64,000 bases of DNA from an uncultured delta proteobacterium (GTDB lineage Bacteria; Bdellovibrionota; FAC87; UBA2466): assembly GCA_963778115.1 (NCBI GenBank), contig CAVZSV010000005.1, positions 448,001 to 512,000 of the forward strand, written 5' to 3'. The notes beneath the pieces were generated by a model. It was not told where the DNA came from. It saw nothing but the letters and a program-made list of their open reading frames with translations, and did not search any database. The stretch's first letter is position 1; the number at the start of each line of letters is the position of its first letter. The position numbers and the translations under genes are program-made. Shown here piece by piece: positions 45,357 through 56,160 of this stretch.

Positions 45357-47213
45357 ATGTGCGGTATAGCCGGAATTGCATATGTCAGTTCCCCGCCTCT
45401 TCATCGCGTAGAGCTTGAAAAGGAGCTTTCGCGTGCCGAGCAATTGCTCGCCCATCGCGGCCCTGACGATGCGGGGATTTGGATTAGCGATGATGATACG
45501 GTCGGATTTATTCACCGTAGGCTTGCCATTCTTGACCTTTCCCCCCGCGCTCACCAACCGATGCGGGATGCTTCGGGGAATGTCATCACCTTCAACGGTG
45601 AAATTTATAACTTTCACGAACTAAGAATCCAATTTCCCGACAATGAATACGTCAGCGAATCCGATACCGAAGTGCTCTTAAAAGGGTTAGCGAAGACGGG
45701 CCCCGATTTTCTGACCGAAATCGAAGGAATGTTTGCTTTCGCTTTTTATTCCAAAAAGGAGGACCGACTCCTATTGGCTGTGGACCCCGCTGGAGAAAAG
45801 CCCATTTACACCTATTGGGATGGAAAGATCTTTGCTTTCGCTTCAGAGATTAAAGCGCTCACCGCTTTTACCGGCATCAGCTTGATTGCTGACCCCGAGA
45901 GGCTCAAAGAGTCTCTTATCTACGGTTATGTGCCGTGGCCAAGAACGGTCTATCGAAACATTAATAAAATTCCGGCCGGACACTTTCAAAGAGTAGATCT
46001 GCGTCGCGGCCCCGAGGAAATTCGCCAGTACTGGGATGTGCCGCTGGGTCAGGTTTGCCACAACTGGTCCACGGAACAGGCAACCGACTCACTGAGAGAG
46101 ATCTTAAGCCAGTCGGTCCGCCGGCGTTTAGTTTCTGATGTTCCTGTCGGAAGCTTTCTCAGCGGAGGAGTCGACTCCAGTGCGGTCAGTTGGGAGGCGG
46201 CTCAACTTCTCACCCCGGCCAGGCTGCAAACCTTTTCGGCCGGGTTTTCTCACGACGCCGAAAGCGCATTCTATGATGAGACTAAATACGCCGCCTATGT
46301 AGCAAAACTCATTCATTCTGATCACCGAGTCCTTCAGATAGATGCCTCCACGATAGATGCGGCAGCCATTATGAGACGCTTTGACGAGCCCTTTGGAGAT
46401 AGCTCCGCCATTCCGACCTATCTTCTTTGTGAAAAAACCTCACAACATGTCAAAGTCGTACTCTCCGGCGATGGAGGAGACGAGCTTTTCGGAGGATATC
46501 AAAGGTTTGGAGCATCACTAATCGCGGAAAGATTCAAAACACTTTGGCAAATGGCTCTCTCTCCGGTTCTTTGGATGGATGCGGCCCCGAGATCCTTTCT
46601 AGGAAAACTCCAAAGATTTAGACGCGCCGTTAACTCTCCTCTGTTGAAACGCTTAGCCGTATGGAACTCCTTTTTTGCAGAAGATGATTTAAAGCGCTTC
46701 TTGGGAGATTCCGAGACGTCGGTATTCGAATCGTTGAAATACTGGGACGAAAAAACCAAAGGTATTAGCATCGGAGAGAAAATTCTCTATTACAATTTCA
46801 AAACCTATCTTTTCGATGATCTTTTGCCGAAAGTAGATCGCATGAGCATGGCTCATGCCCTGGAAGTCAGAGCACCTTTTCTAGATAAGACCCTTATCAA
46901 GTTCGCGTTTTCGCTTCCCACTCACATGAAATTTGACGCCTTTCATACAAAGAGAATTCTAAAACAGGCCTATCGCCACGATCTAGGGGCTACTATAACC
47001 GATAGAGCTAAGCATGGTTTTGCTTTCCCGCTGCCGACGTTCTTGGGCAATCAAACCTCCCGCACTAGCACACAGGCACTTCGAAAACTCTTCCCGCAAT
47101 CGCCGCTATCGACTACGGCGATTTCGTCGCCTAATCGTACGTCGAAAGATTTCATCTTATGGACCGTGGATCAATGTCTGTCGAATGGGATGCAAATACA
47201 AAATGCTATATGA
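45357..47213 (+). CDS. asnB: Asparagine synthase (glutamine-hydrolysing) family amidotransferase, probably sugar-amidating
   Basis: MCGIAG, HRGPD, FNGEIYN, LSGGVDSS, SGDGGDELFGGY, LEVRAPFLD. Confidence 0.93.
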   Translation: MCGIAGIAYVSSPPLHRVELEKELSRAEQLLAHRGPDDAGIWISDDDTVGFIHRRLAILDLSPRAHQPMRDASGNVITFNGEIYNFHELRIQFPDNEYVSESDTEVLLKGLAKTGPDFLTEIEGMFAFAFYSKKEDRLLLAVDPAGEKPIYTYWDGKIFAFASEIKALTAFTGISLIADPERLKESLIYGYVPWPRTVYRNINKIPAGHFQRVDLRRGPEEIRQYWDVPLGQVCHNWSTEQATDSLREILSQSVRRRLVSDVPVGSFLSGGVDSSAVSWEAAQLLTPARLQTFSAGFSHDAESAFYDETKYAAYVAKLIHSDHRVLQIDASTIDAAAIMRRFDEPFGDSSAIPTYLLCEKTSQHVKVVLSGDGGDELFGGYQRFGASLIAERFKTLWQMALSPVLWMDAAPRSFLGKLQRFRRAVNSPLLKRLAVWNSFFAEDDLKRFLGDSETSVFESLKYWDEKTKGISIGEKILYYNFKTYLFDDLLPKVDRMSMAHALEVRAPFLDKTLIKFAFSLPTHMKFDAFHTKRILKQAYRHDLGATITDRAKHGFAFPLPTFLGNQTSRTSTQALRKLFPQSPLSTTAISSPNRTSKDFILWTVDQCLSNGMQIQNAI

Positions 47214-48039
47214 TTTTTACCACATCTTTAGTGCCGCACTTCGACTTCAAGGGCAAAAGCCTCGAAAAACTTCCTTACTCATTTGGCTTGCCTACGCACG
47301 TATCGTCGTTAAACGCAGAATCTATGCTCTTACCAAAACAGAGCCCAAGGCCGAGACCTTCTTGGGATTTAAGTTTCGTTTTTTTCGATATTCAAGTTTC
47401 TTGTATCTCATCGAAGAGATTTTCGTAAACGGACTCTACCGCTTCGAGCCACCGACCGATTCTCCCGTTATTTTTGATTGCGGAAGCAACATTGGGGTAT
47501 CGGTCATTTACTTTAAATGGAGATATCCCGATTCGCAAATCGTGGCCTTCGAACCCGATCCTCGTACCTTTGAGCTTCTGCAATGGAATGTCGCCCAAAA
47601 CGGTCTTAAAGGCGTCACCATTCACAACGTCGCACTTTCAGAAAGCCGGGGAGAGATCACTTTTCACAGCACTACCCCTGGAGCTCTTTCCGCTAGCATT
47701 CTAGAAACTCGGGTAACCGGCGAAAATGCAGGACAGAAGGTTCCCACTTTCCCGCTCTCTTCCTTTATAAAAACTAAGATTGACCTCATGAAGATGGACA
47801 TCGAAGGGGCTGAGATCTATTGCATCCCCGAACTGGCCGCTTCGGGGACGTTAAGCAGCATCTCGCACATGGTCATTGAATGTCATCATAATCTACGCGA
47901 TTACCGGGACATTTTAACGACAGTGATGCAAATCTTAGAAGCACACAAATTTTCCTATCAGCTATCCGCGAATTTAAAATTCCCCGTGGAAAAGGAAATC
48001 ACCCAGGATGTCATGCTCTATGCTCATCAGCTCGGATAA
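47203..48039 (+). CDS. FkbM-family methyltransferase
   Basis: DCGSNIG, FEPDP, KMDIEGAE. Confidence 0.92.
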   Translation: MLYDFYHIFSAALRLQGQKPRKTSLLIWLAYARIVVKRRIYALTKTEPKAETFLGFKFRFFRYSSFLYLIEEIFVNGLYRFEPPTDSPVIFDCGSNIGVSVIYFKWRYPDSQIVAFEPDPRTFELLQWNVAQNGLKGVTIHNVALSESRGEITFHSTTPGALSASILETRVTGENAGQKVPTFPLSSFIKTKIDLMKMDIEGAEIYCIPELAASGTLSSISHMVIECHHNLRDYRDILTTVMQILEAHKFSYQLSANLKFPVEKEITQDVMLYAHQLG

Positions 48040-48943
48040 TCGCCCTAGGCCCGTGGCTCGTAAGCTTGGCCTGAAATCACTTCTTCTTAATGAGATGCGA
48101 CGTGTGCTATTTCAACATCCTTTGGTTGAAAATCGCTTAAGAACGCTGACCCACGGAAAGCCTGCTTCTCATTGGATATGCCGACTTCTCCCTAACCATT
48201 ATCAGTATCGTCGCCCCACCATTCGGCAGACAGGGCTTTTAGGCCATGGTCCGTCGTTGCGACTAGATCTTAGCGATTCAATGGAATGGCATCTTTATTT
48301 TGGAATCTTTGATCCTTCTCAACAAAATCTACTGACACTAGGCAGCGCCGGCGACACGGTGATAGACGTAGGAGCCAATATTGGTGCAACCATGCTGGCT
48401 TTGTCCGAAAAGGTGGGCAGCCAAGGCCGTGTCATAGGCTTTGAACCTGATCCCTGCACCTACGAGAAGTGCAATTTTCACCTTCAGAGCAACGGATACG
48501 AAAATGCTGAAATCCATCCTTTGGGGTTAGGGGCCACCACCTCATCGAAACGGCTTAGGGTGAGATCGGAAAAAAATCAGGGAATGAACCAGATCGTCCC
48601 CGAAGATTGCAAGAGTCAGGGCACTCAAATCGAAATCACCACCATCGACTCGTTTGTCGCTAATCGCGGTTTAGAACGAATTGACCTAATCAAGATCGAT
48701 GTCGAAGGCTACGAGTCGGAGGTTCTTAAGGGTGCCCGGGAGACGATAGGACGCTTTTGTCCTAAGCTTTTTATAGAAATCGATGATGCTAACTTAAAAG
48801 ATCATAACAGCTCTCCGGAAGCAGTTTTGGCTTTTCTAAGGCCTTTCGGTTATCGTTTCTACAAAGACACCATGAAACTTCCGCTGACCAGCCTAGAACC
48901 CAGATGCCATTTCGATCTGGTCGCTGTCGTAGGGAGCTCCTGA
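48020..48943 (+). CDS. FkbM-family methyltransferase
   Basis: DVGANIG, FEPDP, KIDVEGYE; exact start uncertain. Confidence 0.92.
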   Translation: MLISSDNRPRPVARKLGLKSLLLNEMRRVLFQHPLVENRLRTLTHGKPASHWICRLLPNHYQYRRPTIRQTGLLGHGPSLRLDLSDSMEWHLYFGIFDPSQQNLLTLGSAGDTVIDVGANIGATMLALSEKVGSQGRVIGFEPDPCTYEKCNFHLQSNGYENAEIHPLGLGATTSSKRLRVRSEKNQGMNQIVPEDCKSQGTQIEITTIDSFVANRGLERIDLIKIDVEGYESEVLKGARETIGRFCPKLFIEIDDANLKDHNSSPEAVLAFLRPFGYRFYKDTMKLPLTSLEPRCHFDLVAVVGSS

Positions 48944-49962
48944 TGAGAGAAAACGCCTCAAAGCGCCAAGAGTTCGCAATCATAATTCCTAACTTCAATC
49001 GTCGATATCTCCTCGTGGAAGCGGTGAGCTCGCTGCTTTCCCAAACGACGACCTCCTCGTTTACCTTTCACATCGTAGTAGTCGATGACGGCAGCACCGA
49101 TGGCTCTTGGGAAGCGCTCATACGAGCGTACGACGGTAAAGAGCTAGAACCCAATATCGCTACTTTTCCGGTACCTCTAACCCTTATTCGACAGCCCAAT
49201 AGTGAGCGAGGCGCCGCCCGAAATACTGGGGCCAGATGGGCAATCGCTCAAGACCGGGCCGATTGGCTTCTCTTCTTTGACTCGGACGATCGCATGGCGG
49301 ATAACGCTTTGCTGCATTTCTCGGACGCTCTTAAGACCTCACGCCCTGGAGCTTTTTACGGATTCGTTCTGCCTTGGAACAGCGATCTCTCAGGACCGGT
49401 CTCGGCATCACTCAACTTCACACAAAAGCCCCAGGGCGATATCTCTAGCATAGTGCTTTCACGGACGGTGCTATCTTTGGGAGCCACTCTAATTCGTAAG
49501 GATGTTTTCTTTGAGATAGGCCCTTTTTCGGAAGATCGCAGAATGAGTGGTAGTGAAGATTGGGAGTTCCTAACGCGCCTTGCGCTCGCTAGAGAGGTCG
49601 AATTCGTCCCTCACCTCATTACGTACTACCGCCAACATCAGCAAAATACCGACACCTCTTTGTATCTCACTTCACTAGACCTCGCGGTGGATGCTCTAAC
49701 CCCCGCCATAAAGAAACGCTTTTCTCCTTCCGAGGGAGCCCTATTCCTAATGCGAAAACAGGCGTTGCTCCTAAAGATAGGTGCTTTGATTCGAATGAAG
49801 CGTTTTGATGAAGCTTATGACAATCTGAGGGATCTCATTAAACAACAGGGGCTGACCCGGGATTTTCGGGCTTACCGGTTGATCTTAAGTCTTATCAAAC
49901 AATGGACGCTGTACAACCTGCGCGGGCAACCGGCGGCCATTCCCAGTGACACAACGGCGTAA
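48943..49962 (+). CDS. Glycosyltransferase family 2
   Basis: IIPNFNR, VDDGSTD, AARNTG, FDSDD, SEDWEF. Confidence 0.92.
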   Translation: MRENASKRQEFAIIIPNFNRRYLLVEAVSSLLSQTTTSSFTFHIVVVDDGSTDGSWEALIRAYDGKELEPNIATFPVPLTLIRQPNSERGAARNTGARWAIAQDRADWLLFFDSDDRMADNALLHFSDALKTSRPGAFYGFVLPWNSDLSGPVSASLNFTQKPQGDISSIVLSRTVLSLGATLIRKDVFFEIGPFSEDRRMSGSEDWEFLTRLALAREVEFVPHLITYYRQHQQNTDTSLYLTSLDLAVDALTPAIKKRFSPSEGALFLMRKQALLLKIGALIRMKRFDEAYDNLRDLIKQQGLTRDFRAYRLILSLIKQWTLYNLRGQPAAIPSDTTA

Positions 49963-50060
49963 CTACCGACCAAAGAAGCCCCTTTCTCTCGCAAAATGCA
50001 CGGTTAGTCGTTTTTATCTTCTCAGATTTTTGGCTCAGATTTTAAGATTAATTCTTAAGC

Positions 50061-50085
50061 ATCCCTTTCGCTAAGCGAAAGGGAT
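50061..50085. terminator. Hairpin between convergent operons (probable terminator)
   Basis: ATCCCTTTCGC-TAA-GCGAAAGGGAT perfect 11-bp stem abutting the stop at 50086. Confidence 0.65.
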
Positions 50086-50916
50086 CTAGCGTTCCCACTT
50101 CGAGTCCTTCCACGGCTTAAATATCCCCGCCTCTACCCCAAACCTAAACCTAATCCCATTTCTCCTAAGCTGATCCTTTAGCATCAGCGTCCACGGTGTT
50201 GCCGGGCCGGACAGCGTTTTTTCTTTCACATTAAACACCGTGGTCTCTTTGGACTGCGAACAAAGGATAGACGGATAATCCACGATAGCGGCAGGCTTTA
50301 CCCCTTCTGGGTTTTCTAACCTTACCCATGCTGCGGAAATGATGTCGTTTACCCTTGCAACCCGTGCCTCTAACGAAAGCTCTTTGGGAAGCCACCTCTC
50401 TTTAATAATTTGAACCGGAATTCCTCCCGCCAAACAGCCCGACGGAAGATCACGATTGATAAGGGAACGTGCGGCCACGACCACCTGATGACCAATCTTA
50501 ACTCCGGGATTTACCCAAGCATTCGGTAACCAGACTGAATCTCCGATCTCAACTCCATCCCACTGTACTGGAGCGCCAAGCTCAAGAGTGTCTATGTAAG
50601 CGCCATGAGTAAATATTTTCGTCTCTATTCCGCATCCAAACTCGTGACCTACCGAGACACCCCGAGCGATATTCACTTGAGAATTCATTCCCATGTGAAA
50701 CCAGTCGCCGGCCTTTAGAAACGCTCCGGGATCAAAACAAGAGCCACCTCCCACCGTGGCTCCGCGATCGAGGAAGGCTTCGCGACCTATCTCTACAAGT
50801 TCACCTTCAATGTGAACGCCCTCACGAATTACCGCGCCATCACCTAAATACCCATTTTTTACGTTAATAACGACTGAAGGGTGAATCTGACAGTCTTTTC
50901 CTATCTTAAACGCCAT
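50086..50916 (-). CDS. Hexapeptide-repeat (LbH) acyltransferase
   Basis: Repeated IG/VG hexapeptides, IFTHG, VEIGDSVW, LAGGIP. Confidence 0.88.
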   Translation of the reverse strand: MAFKIGKDCQIHPSVVINVKNGYLGDGAVIREGVHIEGELVEIGREAFLDRGATVGGGSCFDPGAFLKAGDWFHMGMNSQVNIARGVSVGHEFGCGIETKIFTHGAYIDTLELGAPVQWDGVEIGDSVWLPNAWVNPGVKIGHQVVVAARSLINRDLPSGCLAGGIPVQIIKERWLPKELSLEARVARVNDIISAAWVRLENPEGVKPAAIVDYPSILCSQSKETTVFNVKEKTLSGPATPWTLMLKDQLRRNGIRFRFGVEAGIFKPWKDSKWER

Positions 50917-50934
50917 GGCACTTTCCGCCTTTTT

Positions 50935-51555
50935 TTAAGCAAATATTCTTACAATCTCATAAGCCTCACACGGCCCGAGGCCGTGAAGAGACGCATAGGT
51001 ATTTGCATGAAAAATATCGAGATACGCTTCTTTCATGTACGCTCGCTCCGACTGGGACTGGTGAGCGCGAAGCGCTTGCTTCTTTTGAGCGTACACTTCG
51101 GATATATCGATGAAAATCTGAGGCTTAAAGTCTAAAGTATTGCTCAAGATACCATAGGCCAGAATACTTGCTTTTGATCGGCGTGCCGCACCGGAAGTCA
51201 CTTCGAAAATAGTCCGGTGCTCTTGGTGGGTATCATGAGGCCCAAGCGTTAAGATCAAATCAGGCTTCACCCGGCTTATAATTTCAGTGAGCTCGTCTAA
51301 AATGATATGAAAATCATCCTGGCTAACGCCTGCCTTATCTCTAAAAAGTACTGACTTCGGACGAACCAGGTCGAAAGCAGCGATACTTTCGGACCTTCGT
51401 TTAGGACCGGTCGTGGGATCTCCTGCGGAACCAAGTGAAGCCACATAGAGATGGATACTCGAACTGGGAGGCTGCTTTAGCAAAAGACCAAAACACCCGT
51501 ACTCTAGATCATCGGGATGAGCGCCAATCGCCAAAATCTTTTCATACTGCATCAT
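50935..51555 (-). CDS. PIG-L family deacetylase
   Basis: AHPDDLEYG, DTHQEH, HQSQ. Confidence 0.92.
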   Translation of the reverse strand: MMQYEKILAIGAHPDDLEYGCFGLLLKQPPSSSIHLYVASLGSAGDPTTGPKRRSESIAAFDLVRPKSVLFRDKAGVSQDDFHIILDELTEIISRVKPDLILTLGPHDTHQEHRTIFEVTSGAARRSKASILAYGILSNTLDFKPQIFIDISEVYAQKKQALRAHQSQSERAYMKEAYLDIFHANTYASLHGLGPCEAYEIVRIFA

Positions 51556-52883
51556 GCGAACTCCTTAACAGGTGATCTGACAAACGAATCCATTAGAGTC
51601 TTCAATTCGTGGAGTTTGGGAACGAATAGGTCAAAGACATTTCCCTTTCCACTGCGCATAATTCCCACAAAGATATACGTAAGCGAAACAAAGTTAGCCG
51701 TCACCGAAGCAACGCTTGCGCCTAAGATCCCGTGATGGGGAATCAATAGAAAATCGCCCGAAATTCCGACAACAAGCCCCATACACTCGGCATAAATATT
51801 ATGCTGCGCCCTGGCCTGCGACAAATTGTAGTAGGCAAAAAGATGCTTGATTGATAACAGAAAGAAACTTATTGCCACAATCCGAAGAGGAATAATCGCC
51901 TCTTCGAAGGCCGCCCCATAACAGACTAAAATAATCGAACGCGAAAAGAGCACCAGCACGGCGGTCACTAAAGTGAGAGCCCCCGCATTCAAACGAGAAA
52001 ACATCCCTAGTTTTGCCATCGCATCCGATGACGTCACCGCCGATAAATGGGGTAACATCACCATATTTAGCGTCATTGGGATAAACGTCAGAAAGTTCCC
52101 CAGGCCTGCCGCGACGGAATAGACCCCCAACGCTTTCAATCCGATCTCTCTTTCAATAATCCAATAATCCGCCCGTAGATAGAGAAAGTTAATGACGTAA
52201 GAGATATAGATGAGAGCAGAGAAGCCTAGCATGGGTTTAAACGCATCGGTAAGGCTTAACCGGAAACTAAAGCCCACTTCTCTACGATAACAATTAAGGA
52301 AAAGAGCGACACGGAGCAGCGAAAGGCAAAAGTCAGCGACAAAGATTTGATGGACCGTTAATTCCCAGCCGCGAGCTCGTCCTATAAAAAATGAACCAAA
52401 AATTAAGACCCTAAGACCCGCAGAAATAATCTCCATGGTATTACTCATGTCAAATCGCTTTCGGCCGGAGAGAGCCGAATTAAAGACTAGCTGCAGGGAA
52501 TTAAAGAAAAATGACAAGATAAAATAGGCTTCATAAAAAGAGGAGGCGTAACCGATCGGGAAAATGAGATCCGCTTTGGGGAAGTGAAAGGTCGCCCACT
52601 GAATGCCCCCCAAGACGACCACTCCGAAAAACCAAGTACAAAACGCGACTCCCATCACCTTATTGAGTTCGATCTTTCGGTTGGACACATAGTACGTAAT
52701 GGCAGACGTCACTCCCAGACCCAAAAAGAGTATAAAAAAACTCTGTGCGGCTTGTAGCTTCGCAAATAGTCCACGAGCCTCCGGACCAAGCAAGCGGGTC
52801 ACGAAAATACTTTGTACCATCATCAATACGGTGAGAAGAACTCTCAGTACAACCGTATGGGAAAGGTGGCGCTCAACCGACAT
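51552..52883 (-). CDS. wzx: Polysaccharide flippase
   Basis: TRLLGPEARG, RAD, LGVYSVA, LIPHHGILGAS; about 12 TM segments. Confidence 0.88.
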   Translation of the reverse strand: MSVERHLSHTVVLRVLLTVLMMVQSIFVTRLLGPEARGLFAKLQAAQSFFILFLGLGVTSAITYYVSNRKIELNKVMGVAFCTWFFGVVVLGGIQWATFHFPKADLIFPIGYASSFYEAYFILSFFFNSLQLVFNSALSGRKRFDMSNTMEIISAGLRVLIFGSFFIGRARGWELTVHQIFVADFCLSLLRVALFLNCYRREVGFSFRLSLTDAFKPMLGFSALIYISYVINFLYLRADYWIIEREIGLKALGVYSVAAGLGNFLTFIPMTLNMVMLPHLSAVTSSDAMAKLGMFSRLNAGALTLVTAVLVLFSRSIILVCYGAAFEEAIIPLRIVAISFFLLSIKHLFAYYNLSQARAQHNIYAECMGLVVGISGDFLLIPHHGILGASVASVTANFVSLTYIFVGIMRSGKGNVFDLFVPKLHELKTLMDSFVRSPVKEFA

Positions 52884-53715
52884 TAGGACTTCCTTTGTAA
52901 GCAAGAGCACACCAGTAAGGGGCATGATCGGAGAACGTGACTCGACAAAAGCCGCTCTCTAAGAGCATCTGTTTTATTTCATTCTTTGAATACCTTTTTT
53001 CCAAACGAGTTCCAAACCTGTCCAAAGCATCGTTGCGCATGACATACAGGCTCCGATCGCGATAATACGCCAGAGGCCATGACGTCGGCATTAAAGACAT
53101 CGCATCCAACATCTTTGCCAATTTGGCCATGGGCCAATAGACGGAAAACGCTATGGCTTCGGTCGCGAGCAAACGAAGGCGTTGCGGAAGTCGCGCGATC
53201 GCACATCGAATGAGATCGGTGACTTTCCAAAGGCTTCGATACCAGCTCGGCCTGTTATCGAAGTCATAATAGATATAGAGTAAGAACGGCGCGTTTGGTT
53301 TGAGACGGGATGAAATATCTTTGAGCGCTTTTTTCGTATCAGGTAAGTGATGAAGAACGCCCAAGGAGAAAGCAAAATCCAACGAATCCTCTTTCAGCTG
53401 AATTTCCTCTATGGAACCGTGATGAAAGCAGACATTAGCCAAATTACCTACGTTACGCTTGGCCACCGCTAGCGCTTGAGCACTGGCATCGATCAGATGT
53501 AGTATTCCTACTCTAGGGGCTACAAACTTTGCCCAACGGCCGGAGCCACAACCCAGATCGGCTCCCACCGACGTGGAATTGATTTCATTCCACGGGAAGA
53601 TACTGAAATATTGCTCAAACAACCTTTTGGATTCCTTATAATCAGCAGAACGCTGATCGTACTTTTTCCACTCGTAACCAAATCCAGCAACCGTAAGTTG
53701 ATCTATGTTTGACAT
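52873..53715 (-). CDS. Class I SAM-dependent methyltransferase
   Basis: DLGCGSGRWA, SLGVLHHLPD, DRFGTRLE. Confidence 0.9.
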   Translation of the reverse strand: MSNIDQLTVAGFGYEWKKYDQRSADYKESKRLFEQYFSIFPWNEINSTSVGADLGCGSGRWAKFVAPRVGILHLIDASAQALAVAKRNVGNLANVCFHHGSIEEIQLKEDSLDFAFSLGVLHHLPDTKKALKDISSRLKPNAPFLLYIYYDFDNRPSWYRSLWKVTDLIRCAIARLPQRLRLLATEAIAFSVYWPMAKLAKMLDAMSLMPTSWPLAYYRDRSLYVMRNDALDRFGTRLEKRYSKNEIKQMLLESGFCRVTFSDHAPYWCALAYKGSPNVG

Positions 53716-54929
53716 TATCCAACCCCCACCGTGATGGGCTCTATCTTGGGCGTGCTCAATAGATCACAATAGATATCGTTCACTTCCCTAAGTAGGCGCT
53801 CAGAGGAAAACCTTTTTTTAAAGACTCTCGAAGACTCATCAATTTTTTCTCGCCAAGCCATCCTTTGCTTGTCAGAAGATGCGACCGTCAATAGTTCGAG
53901 ACGCGATCTCACTTGGACTCTTAATGCATTCTCATCCACGGGCACGAGATCGCCCCATCTTCCATTTCCCAACAGATCGCCCATTCCCCCTACCTGGGTG
54001 CTCACTACGGGAACTCCCGCTATTACGGCTTCAATAATCGACACCGAAGTCCCTTCGTTATGGGAACTACACACACACAAATCGAGATCAGGCAAATCCG
54101 GTACCGACGGAGTTCTCCATCCGCAGAAATGGATTCTCTCTGAAGACAGACTCTTTGCCAAAGCTTTGAGCTTTTCCGATTCGGCACCGTCCCCAATAAT
54201 CACCAAATGCAAATGGGGACGTTCCACCAGCAAGGGTGCCAACGCGCGTAAAAAGATATCGACCCCTTTTACCGGTACCAGCCGCCCCACAATTCCCACT
54301 ACTTCGGCACTCGCATCAATTCCCAGATCGCTGCGTAACTTAGGCGGATGTTCAAGGGCTCGACTTAGGGAATCAACGTCAAAACCAAGTTCCACGACAC
54401 TCACTTTTTCGCCCGATACTATTCCCGCCCCCACCAGATCGTTTGCTACCTGTTTCGATACAGCGATGGTACGACTTGTGAGAAGCCCTAAGCCTCTTTC
54501 CACAACGACCACAATCTTATTCACTATTCCGTGCCAATACCCTGTCAAAAGATGCCCATGGTAAGTATGAACGATCACCGGAACGCCAGTCACCCAGGCA
54601 GCCACTCGGCCTAGTAGCCCCGCCTTGAAAGTATGGGTATGTACGATATCAGGCCGTTCGCGCCAAAAAAGGCAGACCAATTGAATGAGTGCCTTTAAGT
54701 CCTTACGGAACGAAATAGGTGCTTGAAACTCTTGAATAGAACAGACCTGGGCCCCCATCGATCTGGCCCAAGGTTCCATGGAGCCTTCCGAAATGTCAGG
54801 AGTCCCTACGACTAACAGGGTCTCAAATCCGTATTTTTTAAGACCTACCGACAGATTCACCACGTGAACGGAGGGCCCTCCAATATTCAGTCGTGAGAAT
54901 AGGCGGCAGATCTTCCTTCCAGATGGCAT
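53715..54929 (-). CDS. Glycosyltransferase family 4
   Basis: RLNIGGP, VHTHTFKAG, GRLVPVKG, NEGTSVSIIEA. Confidence 0.93.
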   Translation of the reverse strand: MPSGRKICRLFSRLNIGGPSVHVVNLSVGLKKYGFETLLVVGTPDISEGSMEPWARSMGAQVCSIQEFQAPISFRKDLKALIQLVCLFWRERPDIVHTHTFKAGLLGRVAAWVTGVPVIVHTYHGHLLTGYWHGIVNKIVVVVERGLGLLTSRTIAVSKQVANDLVGAGIVSGEKVSVVELGFDVDSLSRALEHPPKLRSDLGIDASAEVVGIVGRLVPVKGVDIFLRALAPLLVERPHLHLVIIGDGAESEKLKALAKSLSSERIHFCGWRTPSVPDLPDLDLCVCSSHNEGTSVSIIEAVIAGVPVVSTQVGGMGDLLGNGRWGDLVPVDENALRVQVRSRLELLTVASSDKQRMAWREKIDESSRVFKKRFSSERLLREVNDIYCDLLSTPKIEPITVGVG

Positions 54930-56160
54930 AGATCCCCTCCCCGGAGAAAATAGCGAAGAAAAGAAACGGTAACGTGCGATGTCGGTAAATCGTACCCATG
55001 TTACTAATCACAATTGACTGTGCCAACACGAAGAAAGCGCAGAAGGTCAGAATCACCACCGTTTGGAAAGGGGCTCTACGATAAATGCGCTTCAAACCTA
55101 TAAGGGTCGGCCACGTTAGAACGTAAACTGATAGCGCTTCCACAAAGGAGACCGCTTGCACCGTATCTGAAATTTCCCAGGGAAAAGGGCCAAAAAAATA
55201 ATGGCTCAAAGAAACCGGCACGAAAGTTAAGACGTCCGTAATGGAGAAAAAATCCTGATCCAATCCGAAGGAGCTCTTAGCAACACTATCCAAGAGGCGC
55301 AGGTTCGCAAAACTCTCGCGCATCTTTTCCAACTGAGCCAAATTCTGCTCCACCAGATGGGGAAAAGCCGACTGGAAAAAGAGCAGTACGGCAATGGTCA
55401 ATATCGTAACGCAGGGAATGAAAATAATGGGATGTACCTTGCGAAGCACGAAGTAAAAAATACAAGAGGCCACGATCGCACTTACAAATAGATTGTTAAT
55501 GTATTCTCGAAGGCCTAGCACCAACCAGAATGTCAGTGCGCACCCTATGGCACAAACCACTCTTTTTCCGAAAGTGATGTCCTTGCGCCGTGAAACTGCC
55601 ACAAAAAAGAAATAGAAGAAACTCACACAGGCTAGCAAATACATGGGGTCGCGAATATTGGTGGCCGACCACATATTAAAGGATGGATAAAGGGCTAAAA
55701 GGAAAGCGGTCACACAGGCGGGTAAATACCTGGCCTGGCCTTCTCTTCCTTGAGACATGAATTCGGTTTGAAGCAAATACACCACGTAAATCGCCAGAGT
55801 GCCAAACAATGCATTCGTCAGTGTCGCTATCAGGGGCTCTTTTCCAAAGAAAGTGAACATCGCTGCCAAATAACGCTCATAGATATTAAACTTATTCATC
55901 GCCCCGTAGGTAAGGGAAGTGAAAATATCGGCGGACATCCATTTTTGAGAAAGTAACCACGACCGATACTCATAACGAATACTGTCCACGACAAAAGCGT
56001 ACTTCATTCCACCTTCCAGCCAGACGGCAAGGCTTGCGCGCAATAAGAACGCCCCTACCATGATAATGCCGGCCCATATTCTCAGCTGGAAGAACCAAAG
56101 AAATAAAATCGAAGCGAATCCGAATATCAAAAAGATCAAGGTGTAATTGACTTCTGTCAT
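54838..56160 (-). CDS. Polytopic membrane protein, putative Wzy-like polymerase (GT-C-like)
   Basis: About 11 TM segments, DSIRY, IRD, PFPW, NMGTIYRHR; located between GT genes. Confidence 0.65.
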   Translation of the reverse strand: MTEVNYTLIFLIFGFASILFLWFFQLRIWAGIIMVGAFLLRASLAVWLEGGMKYAFVVDSIRYEYRSWLLSQKWMSADIFTSLTYGAMNKFNIYERYLAAMFTFFGKEPLIATLTNALFGTLAIYVVYLLQTEFMSQGREGQARYLPACVTAFLLALYPSFNMWSATNIRDPMYLLACVSFFYFFFVAVSRRKDITFGKRVVCAIGCALTFWLVLGLREYINNLFVSAIVASCIFYFVLRKVHPIIFIPCVTILTIAVLLFFQSAFPHLVEQNLAQLEKMRESFANLRLLDSVAKSSFGLDQDFFSITDVLTFVPVSLSHYFFGPFPWEISDTVQAVSFVEALSVYVLTWPTLIGLKRIYRRAPFQTVVILTFCAFFVLAQSIVISNMGTIYRHRTLPFLFFAIFSGEGIYAIWKEDLPPILTTEYWRALRSRGESVGRS

